Source of the DNA: Eledone cirrhosa
Lineage: Eukaryota
Assembly (NCBI GenBank): GCA_964016885.1
Contig: OZ024742.1
Span: 267,158,001-267,222,000, forward strand
Length of the DNA: 64,000 nucleotides
Direction: 5' to 3'
Positions within the stretch are counted from its first letter, which is position 1. The number at the start of each line of letters is the position of its first letter. Under the pieces are notes generated by a model. The model saw nothing but the letters and a program-made list of their open reading frames with translations. It searched no databases and was not told where the DNA came from. Positions 25,415-39,820 of this stretch are shown piece after piece. The translations under genes were made by a program, and so were the position numbers.

Positions 25415-25892
25415 TGATGGCTGCAACTCGATTTCGAATAATGCCATCGCTTGATACTCAAGCATGAGCATCACGGACGTGGTTTCTAGTCATGCTAGGT
25501 AGTTGCCCATGGCCAGTCATACCAGGCATCGCACAAAACGTAACATACCAAGCGATGCCTGTGCTCGAAGCATTTTTATGTGAGGAAAGGCTTTGCACGG
25601 GGCCAATCCCACTCTCTCAACAACGAATGTATTTTACCCAAAAGAAGAATCAGTCTACATCATTGGAGTTGAGGGCTTTATATCACAGTGACTTTCTCCT
25701 AGAGAGTTATCTTAATGAAGACTAGGGGTCACTCACTTTACAAAAATAAAAAGAAGAATGGCCGTTGATCTTTCTGAGTTCCTCTGCCCTTTGACAGGCT
25801 TTGGTTTTCATCCCGCAGGGTGTCCAAAATCACACTCCTCACCAAGCTTGCTTGGTGAGGTTGCGGGTTTAGTCGCCGACAACCCGACTATG
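25415..25892 (-). mobile_element. RTE-related non-coding repeat, diverged relative of 7318-7873
   Basis: TGCCCTTTGACAGG...GTCCAAA.TCAC.CTCCTCACCAAG...TTTAGTCGCC.AC.ACCCGAC shared. Confidence 0.5.
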
Positions 25893-26397
25893 CACAGGCT
25901 GTACAGGGTTACATGTTACACACACATACATGCACGTATGTGTGTGTATGTATATATATAATCTTTCGTTTTGTGGTTTTCGAAGTCTCCGTGCCTGTCA
26001 CCAAGGTTCCTAGTGAACTTCACTCTATGATGTGCTATGTATGTTATCAGCATCGTCATCCTTTACAGGTACAGTATAACCTCTGCTGCTCGTGTACTAA
26101 ATGTTCTCAGAATATATTCACCGCCAGTCATCTGCGCATTGTTGCTATATTACACACAATCCAGATTTAAGCATGTATCATGTAACATTAATATTCTGAT
26201 GTCTCGTACATATTCAAATTCTGGTGTTTTACTCTGTCTTTGTATGGTAAATCCATTTTATTTGATAGAAATCGGATTGTTGAGTTCTCAAAACTTTCCT
26301 ATATTTAATTGAATGCTGTTTTCATTAAGCCCCCTCTGTATTGTCTGGTGGTAATTCTTAGGCTATTTGATTTCATCATAACTATTGACTTTGTATT

Positions 26398-26581
26398 GGC
26401 AGTATCGGTAGAGAGTCAGATACCATGCTTTGAAGCATAGAGTTACGGTCCTTTATAGTCTGATTTCAAATCCCGCTGAGTTTAACTTTGCCTTTCATCC
26501 TTACGGGGTCGATAAAATAAAGTACCAGTAATGCACTGGAGTAATTGCTGGCTTTGTGCTAAAAGTAGAAACAATTATTAT
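26398..26581 (+). mobile_element. Octopus-type tRNA-derived SINE
   Basis: GGCAGTATCGGTAGAG head, TTCAAATCCC B-box, CTTTGCCTTTCATCC...GGGGTCGATAAAATAAAGTACCAG body, AGTAGAAACAATTATTA tail. Confidence 0.85.
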
Positions 26582-26823
26582 CATTGGCAAGAAGAACAAC
26601 AGTTCGGTAAATTGTTATATATCGGGTAAATAATACAAACGAATCTGCTCCCAAATGTGTTGATTTGGCAACTTATTCCAAATGACTCAAACCTTTGACA
26701 ATCCAACGTAGGTTGCAAAAATCTAACATCAGCCCGGCAAATCAATCTTAAGTTTCTTCAGTTTTAAAAATATAGAGCATATCGATGTACGATTGTGTGA
26801 TTAACAGGCAAGTGACTTAATAA

Positions 26824-26996
26824 ATGTTTCTACTTTAGGCACAAGGCCAGCAATTACCCAGTGCATTACTGGTACTTTATTTTATCGACCCCGTAAGAAT
26901 GAAAGGCAAAGTCAACCTCGGCAGGATTTGAACTCAGATCGTAAGAGGACGTAACTATGCTGGAAAGCATGCCTGACCCTCTACCGATACTGCCAA
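26824..26996 (-). mobile_element. Octopus-type tRNA-derived SINE (inverted relative to the 26398 copy)
   Basis: Reverse complement of the same family. Confidence 0.85.
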
Positions 26997-28994
26997 GATT
27001 TAATATTGTCCATGGATTGTACATCTAGTTTGGACTGGCTGAACAACATTTTGCCATCCGTGTATTTACTTTGTATGTGTTTTAGGTGAGCGGTCGAAAG
27101 AATAATGCCAAGTTAATTTATTTACTAGAGATATCAGATCTTATATTATGATGAGGTAATTCATATTTGCTACTTCCCCATGAAAATTGCAGCGTTGAAC
27201 AACACCTCTGAGATATATCTGAATGTATATCAACGGCGCAGAAACTATACTATCGTATATTTTATTCAGTATTCCACTTATTTTGTGTGAATGTGCAGCA
27301 AGCCAGGTATTTTCATCAAATAATAACCCTATTTTGCAATAAACTAAAGATGCGTATTTTTAAAAATCTATTTAAAAAGTGCGCAAGTTATCTTTTTATG
27401 CCTTCGAAAACTACATAGCTTACTTTACTGCTCTCTCAATACTGCAAGAGCATTTTATTGTATTTCCAATTTCTAAGCGTGTTATTCTTAATGGCAATTT
27501 TCTTCCTCAATGGTGTTTTCATTGAAGGGATGTGAACATTTTTACCAACGTTTTCATTTGAAGTGTTCTGTTGATAGAACTTTTATATTTGTAGAACATT
27601 AATATATTCCATAGGGAGAAGCCAATAATGTATATAGTCTGTATTATTGAGATAATTTGCTGCAGTTTCACTTCACTTTGCACATATCTTGATTGATTAC
27701 TCGAAGCATGAACCTTGTAGATATCCAAGCCAATCGTTGTTGGAGTGTTTCTAGTAAACCACACGGTGTTTGTGGACCTTACAATCTAACATTTATTTTG
27801 TCAGGGAAAAGAGAAGGTATCACATTAACAAGGATCATTCATTCCATAAATATGTTTTCCTGGGTGAATGAATCTCACTGACAATGTATTTTGAGAAGTT
27901 TAATGTCAACCAAAGCATATGATAGTGAGGTGTCACTTTTAGATTATAGCACTTCTATTTTCCGAGGTTTGTCACATTTTTTGTTATGTAGGATCCTTCT
28001 GTCATTTAAATATAGTGGGCATAACCCCGAAATGATTTGCTGCAATCTTTGTAAGCTGCAAAGCAATTGTGACTGTCACAACAAAAATGTATAACATGAC
28101 TGATAATACACATAGGAACTCCCCCATACACATGCTCATTTTCTTCTGTATACAAGATAACTCATTGGTCTAGCTAAATTCAAACCAGATTAGAACAGGA
28201 TTTGATCTCGGATATCTTTAATTTACTACATTCTATCTTTTGTATCTAACCTGTGGCATTTGAACTTTTCAAACCGCACACAAAGAATTCAGTAGTATTT
28301 AAAACCAGCCTACCTCCTTCCCTTCCTTCTCACTTCTATCCTATTCTTAATGTTCACCCTTTCCTTCTCTTTACATTTTCTCTCTCCTCTCTCTTACCTT
28401 GAATTGCCCTCTTGAACATATATGGTGAACACTGAAAACTTCCCCCATGTAAAGTGTCAAAAAAAGTTGTTCCACATCAAGTGATAGTGGAAATATTTTA
28501 AACCCATCATCTCTCTTCCTAATTTTCTCTACTTTTCACTCTAACTTACTATATTTTCTTTTATTTTTAAAGATAAATACTATTTTCAAATCAACCAACA
28601 TAAAACCCAACACAAACCTGAATTCTAAGCCATGTAGAAAGGACACAACCACAACCAACTGTAAGCTATCTGTCGTCGTGTGGAAAGTAATTATGTATTG
28701 CATATGATTCAACAATATATATTGTAATCAGATTATGTAGACTATTATAAAATGCACGGAAATATATGTTAAAACATTAAATTCTTATGCTATCTGCTCT
28801 CGCCGAAGTCAATATATATTTTTCTTGGTTATCTTATATACTCCGTGATCTCTCCTGTACAAATATACCATAATCCCCCGCTTTGATACTTATGATATAC
28901 GAATCAAAGAATACCGTCGAGTCAAATTTTCTGGTGAGCAGTTATCTTGTTTAAGCATAAATTCTTGATATACATGTACAAAACACTATCTGTG

Positions 28995-29035
<41 letters not shown>

Positions 29036-29304
29036 AATTAGTATATCTACCAACATATGTATACAGATGCATACCTATGGTAGCAAATATATATGTTCTG
29101 TCTTAGTAACTTTGTGGTTCTATGCAAGGGGATGCAGAACAATTATATGAAAGACGTAAATAAGAAAGTTATGAAAATTGACTTACTTACTAAAATTTCA
29201 CTCCAACTAATTAGTTGGAGTGAAATATATATAAAAGCTGGCCCGTCCGGCTGGCACCCGGCTACCATTGGCGTGTTCTACGGCATCCAGATATATATAT
29301 ATAT

Positions 29305-29968
29305 AGCTGACGTACAGAGCTTCGCTTGCATAAACAGACGGTAAGCCATCTGTGTAGTATAGTAATACTGTTGAAAATATATAGTATAGTATTATTGTTG
29401 AAAATATATAGTATAGTATATTATGACTGTTGAAAACATAGTACAGTATAGTATTACTGTTGAAAATATATAGTATAGTATAGTATTACTGTTGAAAATA
29501 TATAGAATAGTATTACTGTTGAAAATATGTACACGAATATATAATTATATATATATATCATTAATTAAAAGTTGGTTAGAAGCGAAGTCAATGCAGACTG
29601 ACAGACATACAGGCAGATATTATAAGCGCGCGTAGTTATAGCTATGTATCTATCTAAAAAGATAGAGTAAGAAAGAGAGAGGAATGTCGTATTATATATA
29701 TTATATATAATAAAGTACCAGTAATGTACTGAGGTAATTGCTGGCCTTGTGCCAAAAGTAGAAACAATTATACTTCTTTTTTTATACAAATGTAAATAAC
29801 ATGTCTTTACGCTTTTACCTGCTCCAGCCATCCGGCTGAGGCCATGTTGGGATGTATGTATATATACTTATATATACGCATAAAGGAATGCTGTAATAAA
29901 ATGTACAAATTAAACTGTCTCTTATTTATGATACTAACACTATATATATATATATATATATATACATA

Positions 29969-30006
<38 letters not shown>

Positions 30007-30349
30007 TATATATATATATATATATATATACATACACTATATATATATATATATATATATACATACACTATATATATATATATATATACACTATATATAT
30101 ATATATATATACATACACTATATATATATATATATACACTATATATATATATATGTACACACTATATATATATATATATGTATATATATACATATATATA
30201 TATATATACACTATATATATATATATATATATATACACTATATATATATATACATATATATATATATACATATATATATATACATATATATATATACATA
30301 TATATATATACATATATATATACATATATATATATACATATATATATAC

Positions 30350-30394
<45 letters not shown>

Positions 30395-30440
30395 CATATA
30401 TACATATATATATACATATATACATATATATATACATATA

Positions 30441-30503
<63 letters not shown>

Positions 30504-30607
30504 CTGGCTGTCTGCATTATGTAAAACATTCTGTACATTGACTTCGCTATCTATGTGTGTGTTTGTGTATATATGTATATATATAGTGTGTATATATATA
30601 TAAATAT

Positions 30608-30702
<95 letters not shown>

Positions 30703-31075
30703 CACACACTACACATAAATATATACACACACACACATACATATAGCGAAGTCAATGTACAGAATGGCTTACATAATGCAGACAGCCAGACATACAGAGA
30801 CATATTATAAGGGCGCAATGTTATCTATCTAAAAAGACCGACTAAGAAAGAGAGAGGAATGACGTATAACCGGAAGTGTACACATTTGAAAAATTTAAAG
30901 AAGTGAATATTTAAATAATATCTTTAATCTTTTAACAAAATTTAGTAGACAAAAATACACTCACTTTCTTAATTGGATAAAGTTAGATCTATGGTGCAAA
31001 TTTTCTTGGTGTTTGGTTCAGCCATTTGGTAAAAAGTTTGTTACATACATACGGCCGTCAGCTTTATTAGTATAT
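29305..31075 (-). mobile_element. Probable non-autonomous Helitron interrupted by a SINE fragment and microsatellites
   Basis: Minus-strand 5' TATACTAATAAAGCTG at about 31075; 3' GCGAAGCTCTGTACGTCAGCTA resembles the Helitron end at 3690-3716. Confidence 0.4.
29355..29528. repeat. Minisatellite of about 30 bp (TAGTATAGTATTACTGTTGAAAATATA), about 6 copies
   Basis: Directly visible tandem units. Confidence 0.85.
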
Positions 31076-31128
31076 ATATACACAAAATGCACCCTCCCCC
31101 CCGCACACACACACACACATATATATAT

Positions 31129-31191
<63 letters not shown>

Positions 31192-31204
31192 TAATAATAA
31201 TAAA

Positions 31205-31360
31205 TTATATATAAGAACCGTGGAGCAAATATTTATTAAAATAACAGATTAAACTTTAAGCAAAGAATCGCTGCTTTCACCCTTAACGGAATCTTCTGAA
31301 ACTAAGAAGATCCCGTTAAGGGTAAAAGCACCGTTTCTTTGCTTAAACTTTAATGTGTTA

Positions 31361-31368
<8 letters not shown>
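31205..31368. mobile_element. Mini-foldback made only of the pLTR of the Penelope at 8282-10700
   Basis: 31205-31300 matches 8285-8372; 31305-31368 matches 10634-10697; (TA)n on both sides. Confidence 0.85.
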
Positions 31369-31429
<61 letters not shown>

Positions 31430-32262
31430 TAAGAGAGAGAGAGTGAGAGAGAGAGAGATGAAATAAGACAAAACTACAATTATATGTTGTTACAAGGACT
31501 TCATAATTTTACGATCATTTCAGAGGACTGATTGATTATGGTAAATCAGATAATCTAACAACAGGTAGTTGTTACGCCACCACCTATTTCAAGTGCCAAT
31601 ATTCGAGATCGGTCTTACCATCTTCCTCAGAAACAACGAAGTATGATCTTCAATTCATATAAGGTTTACAAAGCTAGTCGAAGAGAACCGGTAGAGCTTC
31701 GGCTGTTTTCTTTCTTACTCAATGATATAATTAGGTTTATATTATTAGAAATACAAACACATACATTAATCCGGAGGATAAACGACTTTGTGTGAGGATG
31801 ATATTAGTATATCAAATATACCCGTACCAATGAATGCGTACTGCATTCCGGCCCGTCAAGAATAATTCCTACTGTAACTACTATACACAGCAGACGTTAG
31901 ATAATTTGGCTCCGAGTACTTGCTCGGTGGTTGTTAGCCTCAACAGAAAAAGAAATGGCGTAGACATTACATTACAATACAATGAGAGGAAACATAATAG
32001 TACCACTGATAATGTTGCAGATGTACGACGAAAGAACTTTGATAGAGTATATATATATATTTATATTTGTATTTTTAACTGCTGATCAATCAATGTTAAA
32101 TATTGATTGCCAAATAAATTAACTATGGAGATATAAAAGATATAGAAACTAAAGCCAACCAAACAGTGAGTGTGTTCTGTTATCATTTCTGGCAATATTA
32201 TAACAAGTATAACAATGTTTGTTTCGACACACGATTTCATATAAAAAACCTTGCAAAGCAAA

Positions 32263-32346
<84 letters not shown>

Positions 32347-32504
32347 ATATATATATAATAAGTTGATGGAATTAGCTTAGGCATGACTGCTAGGTCCGGT
32401 TCCATCTCAGCGTACTCAATAGGTAATGTTAAATAAACTGCCAGAGTATACACATAGTCATTCGTTCCAATACAACACAACGTAAACAGGTACTTTCAAT
32501 TGTT

Positions 32505-32615
32505 CCCGAAATCGATTTTCTGTCACACTTAATGCAGCGATAGAGTGCACTGCACACTCTGTCCGCATATACTGTGCAACAATGCATAATCGGTGCATGT
32601 AGCTTCATCAGTGGG
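32505..32615 (-). ncRNA. Type I hammerhead with long stem II, family I
   Basis: CCCA-CTGATGA-long structured insert-GAAA-ATCGAT (palindrome)-TT-CGGG. Confidence 0.55.
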
Positions 32616-34095
32616 TTTCGCTTAATAAATAACCAATCTGTGTATATATATATAGTAAATCTCAAGAAGGAACAAATCAATCATTTGCAGCAGATTTTGT
32701 TGCAATGCAAGCTTACAAGAATTAAGGGTCGGTGATTAAACGGGTGGGGCGTTTACGACTAATATTTACCATTTCTTAAGAAGCGAAGAACAAGATAGTT
32801 ATCGGAATTTTCGATCTGTTTATATTTTATTTATATATATATTTATTTAGTTATTATATTATAAGTTATGAAGTGAGAAAGAATGAATTACAATTATCAT
32901 CCTGTTTCACGTTGTACCGAGTTTAACATAGGTTTTTGACTTTGTGAGATCGATAAATGCAATACCATTCTAGTGCCAGGATCAATTCGTCTTCTTTTTC
33001 GCTTTCTATATGTATTTCAATGTCTCTATTTATTTGTATCTCTTTCTCACGAACATACATCAAAACACACTGAATTACACTGGAAAAAATTGGCAGGGAT
33101 AAAACCTGAAGAGGGTTGAGAGCTACGAGATGGAAATGTCCATGACACTTTGTATAACATGAAGGCGGCCCCAAGGAAACATATTGTAGAAACCCAAACC
33201 AAGGACTTGTTTTCAATTTTCTGTCATCGTTAATAAATTAGACATATCGCAAATAAAAATAACCCAATAAATATATGAAAGATTTCATTGAAAAAGAAAT
33301 TAACTTCATAGAATGTCAATTTCTATACTACCCCATCCGCCTCACTCACCTGCACTTAGCAATTCCAAAACTTGTGTCTTTACTCCACCAATCATTGTAA
33401 CGAAATTAAATAATGCTTATCAAAAGACTTTCTTTTTTTTTTTTAAATGCATTTATAGGTTTCCAAATTGACTGACATTTGTTTCACCATTCTTTCTTAT
33501 TGATGTTGTTGTTATTTAATAAAAATGAAGAACAGACGGTTAATTATGTCTATTGAAAACATTATTAAGTCGATTTAAATTGTGACGTATTTAGAAAGCT
33601 GACTGAGAAAATAAACTTAAAAGTAAACGTAGAAAAGTGTGAAACAATATGACTATTTTTCAATCGATATTTCACTTGCTATGCGGTTTACTACGTCGAA
33701 ATAAAATAAAACATGAATTTATACAAAAGATTATAAACAAATAATTAAAATAGAAGGAATTAAACCCCATGAAATAATAAAGAACAGAGACAGATGAATA
33801 AAGGAAAGAACTAAAAGTTCATCAATAGAAACACTGCACAATAATCACAAGAACAACAAAAAGAACGCAAATATAACAAAAATTAGACAATCTATAATCT
33901 ATTTGAAGATAATGCAATAAAGTGTATTTTATCTCGACCTCTGACTCGGCCGAAATATAAAAGCCATATGATTAAAAGATAAGAGTAAATGGAAGTCATA
34001 TTAGAGTAGCCTTCAACAAATATAGCAGCAGCAATCGGCGGACAACAACAATAACAACTAAAATAAAGATTATAACAACAACGACGAAAGAACAT

Positions 34096-34153
<58 letters not shown>

Positions 34154-34236
34154 GCTGCTGAAATCGAGGAGGCTTGCATCAACTACGACATCAGATAAGT
34201 GCCAAAAGAAGCTTAACATTGAATTGATTTAACAAT

Positions 34237-34289
<53 letters not shown>

Positions 34290-34296
34290 TATATAT

Positions 34297-34417
<121 letters not shown>

Positions 34418-34466
34418 CACACATATATATATATATGTATATATATACACATATATATATATATAT

Positions 34467-34525
<59 letters not shown>

Positions 34526-34553
34526 CATATACATATATATATATATATGTATT

Positions 34554-34611
<58 letters not shown>

Positions 34612-34717
34612 GACATATATATATATATATACATAAATACATATACACCTATGTATGCATGTATGCCAGGTCACTCTTGAGCGCTACTGGTAACATGTAG
34701 CCTACCGCAACCTATCA

Positions 34718-35015
34718 CATGGTCGGGTCGTCGGTGTGTAAACCGGTAACCCCTCTAAGCTTGCTTATTGAGAGGGGGGATTTCATGGACACTCTGTGGG
34801 AAGATAAACAAAACCTGTCAAAAGGTGGATGAAATAAATAGCGTATATGTTTTTATATGTTGTTTATTAATGTGTATATCTGGGGAGTGATAGACTTCTA
34901 GACCCCTTCTCAGGGCAACCATCTGCGAGAGGGCAAACTCGTATATAAAACCTGAAGTGTAGTTGGTTTCTGGTCGCCCCAACCTCTGTTGGACCACTAG
35001 AGTTGTAGCTAAAAC
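34718..35015 (+). mobile_element. RTE-related 5' repeat fragment
   Basis: ATGGTCGGGTCGTCGG...GGACAC...AAACCTGTCAAA is the reverse complement of the 7318-7873 and 25415-25892 family ends. Confidence 0.4.
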
Positions 35016-35699
35016 GTGGGTTTAGCTCCGTGTAAAGATTTATCCACACTAAACAAATTTACACACTGAAACTTTATGGATTCTTGTGACTGTATAAGAA
35101 ATTTCAAAAAGCTCTACAGCGATAGGAGTGGCAGTGAAGCATGCAGGTCTAACAAACTGTGAATAGGTAAATGTCAACCCACACCTATGTGAGTTAACAA
35201 ATTGTCGCTTAGTCGTCAATTTGGCAATGGTGCAATTCGGTAGCACTCCGGATGACTAAACATCCGTTTTGCGGGGAACAGCGCTGCTTACCTACTAACA
35301 GGAACGCCAATTTCCAAAATGGCCATGAATCCAACTGGATTTGCACATGCGTTAAGCAACATTCGACAGGGGCAATCGTCAACGTTAGGTGGTGCTGCGC
35401 TCTAAGTAGCGTGAGTAGAGAGATTGGGTGGATTCTGCATCATCCGCGGCTCTCGAAGGAAAATCTGGAGTGCTGCGAAAAAGTAAAATAGAAGCCGGGA
35501 CTGTACGAGGAAACAGTACGAGGTGCAAATCGCCTGGTTTAGCTGGTCTACCTTCTTATTTTACGTAGTCATACCAGACTTGCTCTCCGAGCTCCACCTA
35601 GCTGTTTACTGAAAATGGCAGCAAAACGGACTGATTCTCAGATCTATAAGTCGGGATGTAGTAACGCTGATGAGGAGAGACGCAGATAAGGGGGAAATT

Positions 35700-37280
35700 A
35701 TTGATAATGTCCGTCCAAAAACTCTGCTTAAAATAGGATTTACGGTTTTGGCCTAGTTGCAAGCAAAGAGGTTTCAAAACTGTAAAAAACAAATCCAGAA
35801 AAGAAAGAACCCCCTTCCTTCGCCCTCAAAACAAAGACGGGAAAATAAGTAAACAAAATAAAAACAAAAAAGGTAAGACATCGACGCCGCCAACACCACC
35901 CACGCCAGCATCACCAACCCCGTTGCCACAAACGCCAACAACATCACCATCATCAAACCCTAACACCACCACTACCAAAAACACCAACAACAAGCGAAAC
36001 AGAAACAAACCCAAACGCGCACCACAACAACCGTAATCACAACAAAACGACCAAACCGAAACACACAACACAACATTAAACATGAACAATAAACAATCAT
36101 TACACTACATCCAACACCATTATTGGCAGTATCGGTAGAGGGTCGGACGCCATGCTTAGCAGCAAAGAGTTACGGCCCTTTATGGTCTGGGTTCAAATAC
36201 CTCCAAGGATAACTTAGCCTTTCATCCTTACTGGGGTCGATAAAATAAAGTAACAGTAATACACCGGGGTAATTGCTGACCTTGTATCAAAAGTAGAAAC
36301 AATTATTACGGAGAAAAACTACACAACATCCCAGAAATTCACATCACCCATACACATACAAATAACACAAAACATACACAACCCTAAAAGAAAAATAACC
36401 CAATGACATCGAAGAATACCGGCAAACACTTTCCAGAAAAATATACAAAGACACCCTTCCAGAGAGGGCCAAAACCAATCAGAAGACGGAGGAACCGTAC
36501 TTCAGCCACAAGAACTGAAGTAAGTGGTCTTTCCCACCTTTTCCCAATATTTTTCAACATGGCCTTACTCAGAATAGGCAGCGTAAATGCACGTGCCCTG
36601 AGGTCGTCAAGGAGCAGGGTAACCTGCTCAATGACCTCAATTTATTGGACGTAGATATGGTGGCCATCAGCCAGACCAGAATTGCCTTCGTACCCCTCTT
36701 CGGCGGTTACGATGTGTACGCATCTCGAGGCCGGCCGGGATCGGAAGGCGGAGTCACTGTGTTGTTTTTGAAAGGCCTAGATCTCATGATACGGACCATC
36801 TTCCTGGACCAAAATGGTACGTCAGTGGTGCAGGACATGGCCAGCAGCGAAGGATATGCTTTCAGGCTAGTGGCCCTCAATGCCCAGGCAGGCGCAGGAC
36901 GGCCTGATTTCTTCAGGCTACTGGAGACCTTCTTCAGAACGTCCAGCTCTATAATATTATTGGTTGATTGGAACGGTAACTTGGATGCACGCTGGGATTA
37001 TGTGGGATTAACGGCTAGGTGAGAATGGTGTAAAAGCCTCGCAAACCTACTGAGACGTTTCTACCTGCCTGACAGTTACCGACTGGATTTCCCGCATGTG
37101 CCAATGTGGACATGCATAAACTGCATCGGGTCATCCAGATCGTATCTAGATACAGTATTTTGTAAGGAAGTAGATAGTCGACTTCACAGACCACGAGTTC
37201 GTGATTAGTGTCATCAACGTAGATAGGCTTAATAGACAAGGGCCCGGCTATCGGAAGCTAAACGCGTCGCTCTCGAGGGG
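35700..37280 (+). mobile_element. Decayed Tx1/L1-clade LINE: ORF1 remnant plus ORF2 endonuclease
   Basis: MALLRIGSVNARAL, FRLVAL, RPDFFRLLETF, DWNGNLDARWDYVG, RQGPGY align with ORF2 at 17794 onward; interrupted by a SINE. Confidence 0.8.
36125..36308 (+). mobile_element. Octopus-type tRNA-derived SINE inserted in the LINE remnant
   Basis: Same family as 26398-26581. Confidence 0.8.
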
Positions 37281-38107
37281 ACAGAAGCTGTTCGAGGGGC
37301 CCGAGTGGTGGAGACGGGTTGTGGAAATAAAACTATGACCCCGTCTTTTTGAGGACTATGACGCGTGTTTATTAAACAATCCCGGACAAATGTGTGCGGT
37401 TTTTCAGAAGCAACTCGCTCAGCTGTTCGGTGCAGTGGTGGGCCGATTGAGGGGGTTGAATTACTGCCTATTTCAACGGTCTGCCGTGGCACTCGTCTAC
37501 TGGCGTGAAGTGCTGTGAACAGCCGCTGAAGTACGGGAGGCAATGACTGACTGCACGATGGGTGAATCACGTGGTTTAGAGTAAAGTTTCTCAAACCCTT
37601 TTGGCCAAACGCCCCTCTTTTCCCCTCGAAATCATGACACGCCCCATACCCTATTTTTCCATTTTTCAATATAATACTGATTTTGATATCAGTAGATTAC
37701 TGGGCAAAATTAAGTTATCTTAGATTCTTTAAAAAATACTCGTACGAATTAAATACAATAATGTTTCAGTTCAAAACAAAAGCAAGCTATTTTAAATTAT
37801 ATATTTTTGAAATAAAAAAAAAACATTTGATCTCAGTCGAAAAAGCTTTTTTTTTTTAAATTCTATATTTCACTGTTAGCTGTTGTAATATTTTGAGTGG
37901 ATAGACAATTGAAACTGTCAAAGTCAAAATACAAAAGATGCAAAATATGAAGAATTTCTTATCTTTCTCTGAAATCACAAAATCAGGGGAAAAATAGTAC
38001 CTTGCAAAATAATATACCTCGTAGCAAAATAAGTATTAAGGAATGAATTGAGAAGCTTGGTGACTGAGAAAGCAATATTTTTATCCCTTATATATAAACA
38101 TAGATAG

Positions 38108-38146
<39 letters not shown>

Positions 38147-38250
38147 CATACACACACACAAACTTGTGTGTGTGCCTTGGTACAGAAAGAATTTTGTCTA
38201 CAGTTTTTTATTGCCAGAGCTCTTTTCAACAATGCCAAATAACAACGCTC

Positions 38251-38403
<153 letters not shown>

Positions 38404-39211
38404 ATATATATAATTGGATGCTTAGTTAAATCGAATCTTTGGCGGTGTGCAAGCAAATTCGACCTACTATATGAATGAGTTAGCAAACCACTCGACAGGG
38501 TAGATCCTTAGAGTAATAACATACGTTTAAATAGCTTGACACATTGAACATTGTGGTAGACAAAATCTAACACACAATACCAAAGTAACGAAAGAACTAA
38601 CAGGTTGAGAAAAAATACACCTGGACAAATCAAACGTTATACGTTTAAAGTGTTTCTATGAATCCGAAATCAAATATCAGACTTACGTAACTGGAAAGCT
38701 CGTGGTACTCATGATCGAATAGAGGATTCAATTCATCAACAGGTTTTCGTTCTACCAAAGAACTGGGCGAGATGCTAAATGTTACCGCTAGCAGCAGCTA
38801 ATCGTGTATTTAGTTGTCACGTGTTATTTCCAGCAAGGGAAATAACCCCCGGTTTTTGGCGGTACATTCAAAATGTTAGACAAAGGAAATATTATAATGT
38901 CCGCTAACTTTCAGAATAAGCTCTCGACCAGATGTTATTAAACAAACACAAATAATTAACCAATCAACAGAATTGTCTAATTAAATTAATTAGTTAATTA
39001 TTAAATCTAGGAGAAAATAATATATATATATATATAAATAAAGAGAGAAGGAGGGAGGGACAGAAAGAGTAAGAAATGTGTGTGTGTTTGGTACACATCT
39101 ATCTATCTATTTATTTCCAACAGGGGGCTCACACATGCGGACCGCGAACTACTTATCTGTGGCCCGTGGTAGAACCAATATTTCATATGGCATTCTAACT
39201 GGTGAAAATAA

Positions 39212-39430
39212 GGCGGCGAGCTGGTGGAATCGTTAGCACATCTGGCGAAATGCTTAACGGTACTTCTTCCATTTTTACGTTCAGAGTTCAAATTACGCCG
39301 ATCTCAACTTTGCCTTAATATCCTTTTGGGATCGATGAATTAAGTACCAGTTGTGTACTAGGATCGATGCAATCGACTGAACCCTAAACCCCAAATTTCA
39401 TGCCTTGTTCCTATAGTAGAAATGATTATA
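39212..39430 (+). mobile_element. Octopus-type tRNA-derived SINE (GGCGGCGAGCTGG subfamily)
   Basis: GGCGGCGAGCTGGTGGAATCGTTAGC A-box region, GAGTTCAAATT B-box, AAGTACCAG body. Confidence 0.8.
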
Positions 39431-39561
39431 ACTGGTGAAAATGTTCACCCACCACCACGTTTGGCCCACTGTGCCTCTCCTCCAGGACGTAATACCCCTT
39501 TTGTGTCCTTGAGTTTGTGACCCCTCTTCTACACACACACACACACATACACACACACATT

Positions 39562-39820
39562 TATTTTACTTTTTTCTGTTTCTGGACTACGCCCATGCTG
39601 GAGCATCACCTTGGTAAGTTATGGGGACGTCAACAAACCAACAAGCATTGGTGGGAGGGCAAACTCAAACGCAAAAACACACACAGACATATATACATAT
39701 ATACGACGGGCTTCTTTTAGTTTCGATCTATCAAATCAACTGACAGGGCTTTGGTCGGCTCGGGCAGTGGGACTGAACCCGGAAATATGTGGTTGGGAAA
39801 CAAGCTTCTTGTCACACTGC
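39562..39820 (-). mobile_element. Second octopus-type SINE family, internally deleted
   Basis: CCATGCTGGAGCA, ACGACGGGCTTCTTT, GCTTTGGTCGGC, CAGTGGGACTGAACCCGG (B-box on the minus strand). Confidence 0.7.

Noticed and set aside
27519-28094. Short ORFs in non-repetitive-looking DNA
   Set aside because: No recognisable motif in the frames read; may be an ancient TE but unsupported
29355-29528. Regularly spaced repeats resembling a CRISPR array
   Set aside because: No unique spacers, eukaryotic context, no cas genes; a minisatellite
33106-33152. CTGAAGA...GAAA-TGTC CAT GACA
   Set aside because: Stem II does not close and there is no UH after stem III
35667-35715. CTGATGA...GAAA
   Set aside because: Purine-rich spacer cannot form stem II
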